The notes beneath the pieces were generated by a model. It did not search any database, had not been told where the DNA came from, and was given only the letters and a program-made list of their open reading frames with translations. A stretch of DNA of 21,743 bases, from assembly GCA_016840855.1 (NCBI GenBank), contig JAEORO010000106.1:1-21743 (forward strand), written 5' to 3'. Positions 16,626 through 21,743 of the stretch are shown here, piece after piece. The first letter of the stretch is position 1, and the number at the start of each line of letters is the position of its first letter. Source of the DNA: Candidatus Thorarchaeota archaeon (GTDB taxonomy: Archaea; Asgardarchaeota; Thorarchaeia; Thorarchaeales; Thorarchaeaceae). A program made the translations under genes and the position numbers.

Positions 16626-16688
16626 TGATATATTTTGATACTTTTTCCATTAATTCAATCCAAGTAAGAATTGACAGCTTTATGATGC

Positions 16689-17216
16689 TTATCTCATCTT
16701 TGATAAATCTCGACCCCACTCTTTAATATCAGTTCTAAGCTTTGAGAGATCTGCGGGACTTATCGTATCGACTCTTCCATAGGTTCGGAGAATTCTTGTC
16801 CATCGTTGCATCTTAACAATAATCGCACTAGTGGCTCCTTTTCCTTCGAGCATTCCAGCAGCCTCATTGATTTTCTGGGCGAGGTCACTAGCGATCACTC
16901 CTTCCCTTACCTGAGTTTCAAGAGTGTCAAGTACTGATTGAAGATTGGATACAACTCCCCTATCAGCAAGGCTTGCCCCTCCAGAAGTAATGGCTGTTGG
17001 AGCCCCAGACTCCAACGACTTGACAATACTGATAATCTCATTAAGTTTCTCGGTGTTAGCATTGACTGCAAGAGTGAGCTCTGATGTGTTCTCTTGGACC
17101 TCTGTAATGCCTGAGATGACTTCAATCATTCTGTTTAACATTTGAGTCAGTCTCTCGATTGCTCCATTAATATCTGTCAGTTTAGCTCTGAGGTAGGTGT
17201 CTTCTTCGCTCATCAT
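16689..17216 (-). CDS. Hypothetical protein: N-terminal coiled coil, G/A/S linker, helical C-domain
   Basis: Heptad pattern over residues ~9-70; linker SGAPTAITSGGAS; amphipathic helices afterwards. Confidence 0.85.
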   Translation of the reverse strand: MMSEEDTYLRAKLTDINGAIERLTQMLNRMIEVISGITEVQENTSELTLAVNANTEKLNEIISIVKSLESGAPTAITSGGASLADRGVVSNLQSVLDTLETQVREGVIASDLAQKINEAAGMLEGKGATSAIIVKMQRWTRILRTYGRVDTISPADLSKLRTDIKEWGRDLSKMR

Positions 17217-17402
17217 AATTTCCCCTGACGAGAGGGCGCCGTTCCTGGCACGTATCAGCTGGACAATCTATTTTTTGAAGATTAAGCTTTCTGTGTTGTT
17301 TTAGAAAACCTGTCTTTCAATAGGTACATAACCGAATACTAATATCAGCCTTCGAAGTGTTCCCATCCAACCTTTGAGCTACCCTAGGAGGATTTCAATA
17401 CA

Positions 17403-17753
17403 ATGTATATTGTTAATTATAAAGAACGTGATGAAGCTCCTGTTGAATTAAATGGTAGTAAAAATGTTATGATGCGGTGGTTGATTGGGAAGCGAACTGG
17501 AGCCAAAAGATATGCAATGCGTCATTTTGAGATCAAGCCTGGTGGAATAATTCCTATTCACTCGCATCCAGAAGAACATGAAATCTTTGTTCTAGAAGGT
17601 GAAGCAAAGGTTCTTGGTGATGTTGCTGGACTTGTAGCAAAGAAAGACGATGTTGTTTTTGTCCCCTCTGATTTGCCTCATGGCTACGACAACACAAAAG
17701 GGTCCAAGTCATTTCGTTTCATATGTGTGATACCGCTTCTAGAAAACGAGTAG
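17403..17753 (+). CDS. Cupin_2 domain protein
   Basis: PGGIIPIHSHPEEHEIFVLEG and DVVFVPSDLPHGYDN metal motifs; GGAGG SD upstream. Confidence 0.93.
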   Translation: MYIVNYKERDEAPVELNGSKNVMMRWLIGKRTGAKRYAMRHFEIKPGGIIPIHSHPEEHEIFVLEGEAKVLGDVAGLVAKKDDVVFVPSDLPHGYDNTKGSKSFRFICVIPLLENE

Positions 17754-17801
17754 GTAGTTTTTTCTTACCGATATCACTTTACAGAAATTGGGACTAATAG
17801 G

Positions 17802-18608
17802 ATGAATCTTCGTGACAAGAAGCTCTGGATCTTTGATGTTGATAACACATTAATTCATGATGTTGAGCATCCCACACCGTTTGCTGATGCTTTGAAGCTT
17901 TGGAATGCCCTGACAGAGAAGAATTATGAGCTTGCGATTCTCACAAATGTCGGCCGTCTCTCATCTCGACAAGTAAACCAAGCTATTTCAAAAGCCGGAT
18001 TTATGATTCAAACAGAACGTGTATTCACAGCGGGCTCAGCTACAGCTGCATATATTTACAATCGAAATCCTAATGCTAGATGTTTTGTGATTAGTGAGGG
18101 TGGTGCACAAGAGGACTTTGTAGCACGAGGTTTGAATGTTACCAATAATCCGCCTATTGATTATGTTGCAGTTGGTGCGGATAGAGGGATGACATATCAA
18201 GAGCTCAACTTTGCAACAAAGATGGTAAAAGAAGGAGCTTCACTACTCTGTATAAGTGGCAGTAAAGATTATCCCGGCGTCTACCTAGGATTGGATGATA
18301 TTTTCATCGGCGAACTATCCATTGTTTATGCAATTGAACACGCGACAGGATCTAAATCAGTAGTTGTCGGAAAGCCTTTACCTGAAATCTTCACTGAAAC
18401 AGTTAAGGTTCTTGGTCATCAGGCATCTGATGCTGTGATAATTGGTGATAATCCCCAGTCTGATATTGCAGGTGGGAATGCAGCTGGAATGACCACAATA
18501 TTGGTTCAGCGCGATCCCAATGATATTGTATCATTCGAATCTGGCGACTTAGATACAACCCCGATTATAACTGTACAATTACTTGACGAGTTGATTTCAA
18601 AGATTTAG
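17802..18608 (+). CDS. HAD-IIA (NagD-like) phosphatase
   Basis: FDVDNTL, ILTN, VGKP, IGDNPQSDIAGG motifs. Confidence 0.93.
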   Translation: MNLRDKKLWIFDVDNTLIHDVEHPTPFADALKLWNALTEKNYELAILTNVGRLSSRQVNQAISKAGFMIQTERVFTAGSATAAYIYNRNPNARCFVISEGGAQEDFVARGLNVTNNPPIDYVAVGADRGMTYQELNFATKMVKEGASLLCISGSKDYPGVYLGLDDIFIGELSIVYAIEHATGSKSVVVGKPLPEIFTETVKVLGHQASDAVIIGDNPQSDIAGGNAAGMTTILVQRDPNDIVSFESGDLDTTPIITVQLLDELISKI

Positions 18609-18633
18609 AAACTCGCAATACTCAAAGGGCAGC

Positions 18634-19341
18634 ATGTCTAAAAAAAATTACATGAGCCTTGAAGGACCCAGAGTTTACTTTGAGGTAGATCGACCCGGAC
18701 TCAGTGTCGCAATGGTAATAATTGATGACTTGAAGGTGAATCAATCCACTTTGTCCTTCGAAGAGTACGAGAGAGAAACCTTCATTGAACTTCGAACACA
18801 AATGACTCTTGAGGATGCCAAGGATGACCCTATTTTTCGGTCTTATCGCGACCTCTATTGGACATTTGGTATGGATCCAACAAAGCTAAGAGTATCTAGT
18901 GAAGCTGTCTTGCGTAGAATTCTCAAAGGTTTGAATTTGTGGCGTATTTCTGACATTGTCGATATAATCAATCTTGCATCAGCATATCACAAGATACCGA
19001 TTGGTTTAGTTGATGCTTCAAAGCTGGTTGGTGATTTAGTTGTTCGTACAGCATTGAAGGGCGAAATATTCCGAAGGATTGGTGGGAAAACATTGGAGTG
19101 CCGCGGCCGAGAGATTGTCGTTGCTGATGATGTAAAGATTGTGTGCTTTGGTTATGCTACTCATGACTCAGAACAAACAATGATTACAAAGGAAACCAAT
19201 AGAGTCTTAGTACTCCTCTATGGTGCAGAGGTTGTATCAAGAGAAATTATGAATGACGCATTAAAGATCACACTCGATATGATTGACCAATGGCTTGACT
19301 GCAGAGTGTCCGAACCGCAAATATTCGAGTCTGAACCCTAG
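18634..19341 (+). CDS. Stand-alone B3/B4 (PheRS-beta editing-like) domain protein
   Basis: DPIFRSYRDLYW.FGMDPTK.R.SSEA.LRR, IVDIINLAS, IGLVD, EIVVADD, DSEQTMIT. Confidence 0.9.
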   Translation: MSKKNYMSLEGPRVYFEVDRPGLSVAMVIIDDLKVNQSTLSFEEYERETFIELRTQMTLEDAKDDPIFRSYRDLYWTFGMDPTKLRVSSEAVLRRILKGLNLWRISDIVDIINLASAYHKIPIGLVDASKLVGDLVVRTALKGEIFRRIGGKTLECRGREIVVADDVKIVCFGYATHDSEQTMITKETNRVLVLLYGAEVVSREIMNDALKITLDMIDQWLDCRVSEPQIFESEP

Positions 19342-21305
19342 AACTCTAAGAATGGCTGCCCTAAGACAATCCGTTCAAGAAGACTATTCTTGTTTGCTTT
19401 ATTCACCATTTGCTCGAATTCTTTCTTCAACCTAACTTCATCAACATATTCCGGTTCTTTTATGCCCATGCTGTTTATGACCATTTTAAGCATGTATTCA
19501 AATTCGTACAAAAGATACTCTTCCCTTCGAGCTTTTCCTTTTCTTGTCACTTCTTTCTTGACTACCTTTGCCAATCCCTGTTTGATTGCCTCTCTTGTTT
19601 CAGTCAAGTAGAACGACATTGATTTTTCATAATGAAGCTCTCCTCTTGTGACAAGCTCTTTCAAAAATGGTAGTCCAAAAGTCCTTCGAGCAATTGCCTC
19701 TATCCTCGCGACAAAACCGTTGATTATGTCTTCATACGAGAGCAGTCCTGCTTGCCCTTTTGTTTCAAAGACCTTGTCCATAGGTTTTGCAGACTTGAAT
19801 TTCTCCTTTTTCTCCGCTAGAAGTTTCTCTCTCTCCAAGCGGGCTGCTTCATCTGCTTTCCTTTTCTCCTCTTCTAGACGTTTTCTTTCAGCTTCTTTCT
19901 TTGCATCTTCAATCTTCTTCAGTTTCTCTAGTCTTGCCTTCTCCCGTTCAGCTTCCTCCTGTTTTTCCCTTGCCAAACGTTCCTCTTCTAGCTTCTTCAG
20001 AATCTTCTCCTGTTCCGCTCGCAGTTTCTGCATATGCATCTGAACATCTTTCTCAGTAAGCGTAATGTGTTTTGTAAGAAGCCAGCGTACACCAATGTGA
20101 TTCACTTTTGGTTTAAGGTCTGCAGAGGAGAAGATGAAGCTAGCAGTCTGTTGTCCGGGAAGCTGGGTGATTATCTCTTCAGACTCCTTTTCGCCTGCAA
20201 TCGGCTCCAATATACGTTCGAGTACTTTGAGTGACTGTTCACTACTAATACGGCCAGCTGATATGGTGTTGAACTGCTCAAATGCCTTGTAGTCAATGTC
20301 TTTCGGACTTTGTGTTGCTATGAGACATTCAACGCCGTACTTGCGAGCTTGACGGAAAAGAAGTAAGAACGTTTCCTTTGGTCCTGGCGCTCTCATGCCT
20401 GCTGGTATAAACGGAGCTGCTTCATCTTGGAATATCATCATCCTTGGTCTCTCGGTGAAGCCTTGTCTAAGCATCCATGAGTAAAGCTGGTTCAAGACAA
20501 TCGCTATGAAGAAATGCTTCTCTTCTTCACTTCTTAGAGTCTTGAGAAAAATCACATTTATGGGAGTCTTGCCATTAACCGGTTGTGTAAGATAGTCGAA
20601 ATCTATCTCACCTTCTTCCTTGAATAGAAGTTGCGATGAACCGACAGTAAGGCTTCTAATGCGTGTAGCCAGTGTTTGTCGTTCTGAGAACTTCATAAAT
20701 GGCTCAAGATCAACGCCTGCTGTCTCTATGTCTGCAACTAACATATCAGCAAGTTCAGATAATTCATCAATGTCGGTCTTCTCATTTTCCCAGATTGTTC
20801 TGAGAAGTTCGTATATAACAGCAAATGATTTTCCTTCCCAAGATCTAGACAAGCCTGCAACTTTCATTAGCACTTTTACCAGAGTTCTTGCGCAGTTGTC
20901 AAGCAATCGAATGATGTCATCTTGATCCGCATTTCTGTCTGGAAGCTTCAATGGATTAATTGAGATGGCGAGACCCTTGCTGCTTGCAGGCGTATAAACT
21001 CGTACCAAGACTTTGTCCATATACTCCTTGAGTCTTTCTGGAGGTACACCCTTCTCTGAAAGTTCCTTTGGGTCGCCAGGCAGCATGAGTGATGCAATAT
21101 CCCCTTGAGGATCGAATGCTATGATTGGAACTCCTTGCATCGCTGCTTCTTCCAAGATACACTTGGAGAGGACTGTTTTACCCGATCCAGTCGAACCGAA
21201 CACACCACCGTGTCGCCGAAGGAGATCAACACTCACCTCAAATTTCTCATCAGTTCGTTTTCCTTGGTCATCAAGTTTGTATCCTAGCCAGAGCTTGTCT
21301 CCCAT
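19338..21305 (-). CDS. HerA/FtsK-superfamily ATPase (DUF87/DUF853-like) with a long E/K/R-rich helix and unknown C-terminal domain
   Basis: RHGGVFGSTGSGKT (Walker A), FDPQGD, MIFQDEAA (Walker B), RQARKYG (arginine finger region), ATQSP. ATG 21305 preferred; ORF open to 21317. Confidence 0.88.
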   Translation of the reverse strand: MGDKLWLGYKLDDQGKRTDEKFEVSVDLLRRHGGVFGSTGSGKTVLSKCILEEAAMQGVPIIAFDPQGDIASLMLPGDPKELSEKGVPPERLKEYMDKVLVRVYTPASSKGLAISINPLKLPDRNADQDDIIRLLDNCARTLVKVLMKVAGLSRSWEGKSFAVIYELLRTIWENEKTDIDELSELADMLVADIETAGVDLEPFMKFSERQTLATRIRSLTVGSSQLLFKEEGEIDFDYLTQPVNGKTPINVIFLKTLRSEEEKHFFIAIVLNQLYSWMLRQGFTERPRMMIFQDEAAPFIPAGMRAPGPKETFLLLFRQARKYGVECLIATQSPKDIDYKAFEQFNTISAGRISSEQSLKVLERILEPIAGEKESEEIITQLPGQQTASFIFSSADLKPKVNHIGVRWLLTKHITLTEKDVQMHMQKLRAEQEKILKKLEEERLAREKQEEAEREKARLEKLKKIEDAKKEAERKRLEEEKRKADEAARLEREKLLAEKKEKFKSAKPMDKVFETKGQAGLLSYEDIINGFVARIEAIARRTFGLPFLKELVTRGELHYEKSMSFYLTETREAIKQGLAKVVKKEVTRKGKARREEYLLYEFEYMLKMVINSMGIKEPEYVDEVRLKKEFEQMVNKANKNSLLERIVLGQPFLEF

Positions 21306-21363
21306 ATCAAACACCAATCATCCTGCTATCAATTTTCTAGTTTTAAGAGCCTTTCCACGATTG

Positions 21364-21401
21364 AAAAAATAGAAAAATTGGATGGAGATTTCTCCACCCA
21401 A
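21364..21401 (-). terminator. Hairpin plus U-tract ending the membrane protein gene
   Basis: Minus strand TTGGGTGGAG-AAAT-CTCCATCCAA (10 pairs, one G-U that forms only on this strand) directly followed by TTTTTCTATTTTTT. Confidence 0.75.
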
Positions 21402-21410
21402 CTTGGATCT

Positions 21411-21701
21411 TTATTCTCCTACTGGTTCATATCTTCTTCCTAGGAAGAATACAATTACGACTACTAGAGCTACTGCTAAAAGAAACAGAGCTCCTGCTGC
21501 CCAACCATATGACCATGTGTTTTTGATTATGCTCATTGCTAGATAGACGCCAGCCATTATTACACCCAAAACAAGCGAAACGAGCATGAATCGTGAGGTC
21601 ATCTCCTTCACCTGTCCTGTTTCAGCTCCAACTGCAATCTTACTTCCGAAGAAGACAAACACAAAGAGGAAAATATATGCAATCACAACCATAGTCCCCA
21701 T
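21411..21701 (-). CDS. Hypothetical 3-TM membrane protein
   Basis: Three hydrophobic helices; ATG 21701 preferred to TTG 21710. Confidence 0.8.
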   Translation of the reverse strand: MGTMVVIAYIFLFVFVFFGSKIAVGAETGQVKEMTSRFMLVSLVLGVIMAGVYLAMSIIKNTWSYGWAAGALFLLAVALVVVIVFFLGRRYEPVGE

Positions 21702-21743
21702 ATCAAACAAGTAACCTTGTGTGACTGCATCGATGCCAGTTAG

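Noticed and set aside
17403-18608. Cupin and HAD as MtnD and MtnC/MtnX of methionine salvage
   Set aside because: Cupin is a short generic Cupin_2, HAD is IIA/NagD-type, and both are about 7 kb from mtnP.
19338-19341. Convergent genes sharing CTAG stop codons (also the 14-bp overlap at 8540-8553)
   Set aside because: Common in compact prokaryotic genomes.
5163-21317. Anti-phage system from PLD, MazG-like, Nudix and HerA genes
   Set aside because: Genes are dispersed among housekeeping genes on different strands, the PLD is extracellular, and HerA has no adjacent effector.
140-21372. Many short ORFs antisense to or overlapping well-supported genes (e.g. 140-499, 807-1145, 4731-4979, 7538-7816, 13313-13669, 19648-20043, 20620-20925)
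   Set aside because: Shadow frames; Ser/Phe-rich compositions mirror the real genes and have no family motifs.
1-21743. CRISPR arrays, tRNA/rRNA genes, IS elements or proviral genes
   Set aside because: No regularly spaced repeats, cloverleaf or rRNA-like segments, transposase or integrase motifs seen; intergenic gaps are short.

Overview
Gene-dense, mostly housekeeping chromosomal window from an archaeon, most likely an Asgard archaeon (Thorarchaeia-like). The lineage is inferred from protein styles, TATA-like promoters and a GAN/Cdc45-type DHH gene, not from a marker search. It holds the 3' end of uvrA (missed by the ORF track), an internally deleted ABC substrate-binding gene, an O-methyltransferase, three TPR proteins (two with C-terminal Cys4 metal motifs), uvrC, a stand-alone Lrp/AsnC ligand-binding domain, a 2[4Fe-4S] ferredoxin, a surface-anchored two-HKD phospholipase D family protein, MazG-like and Nudix hydrolases, a purine PRTase/MTAP/nitrilase salvage cluster, a TIGR04076 protein, a methyltransferase with protein arginine methyltransferase (PRMT)-like motifs, a RecJ/Cdc45 (GAN) protein, a cupin/HAD/B3-B4 run, a HerA/FtsK-like ATPase with a long charged helix, and several unknown membrane or coiled-coil proteins. 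I see no rRNA, tRNA, CRISPR array, transposase or integrase, and no clearly complete novel multi-gene system. The best leads are the PRMT-like enzyme near MTAP, a TPR protein with an Rpc34/TFE-beta-like Cys motif and structured leader upstream of uvrC, a SNARE-length coiled coil beside a tail-anchored protein, the HerA-like ATPase with its charged helix, and repeated hairpin-type terminators.
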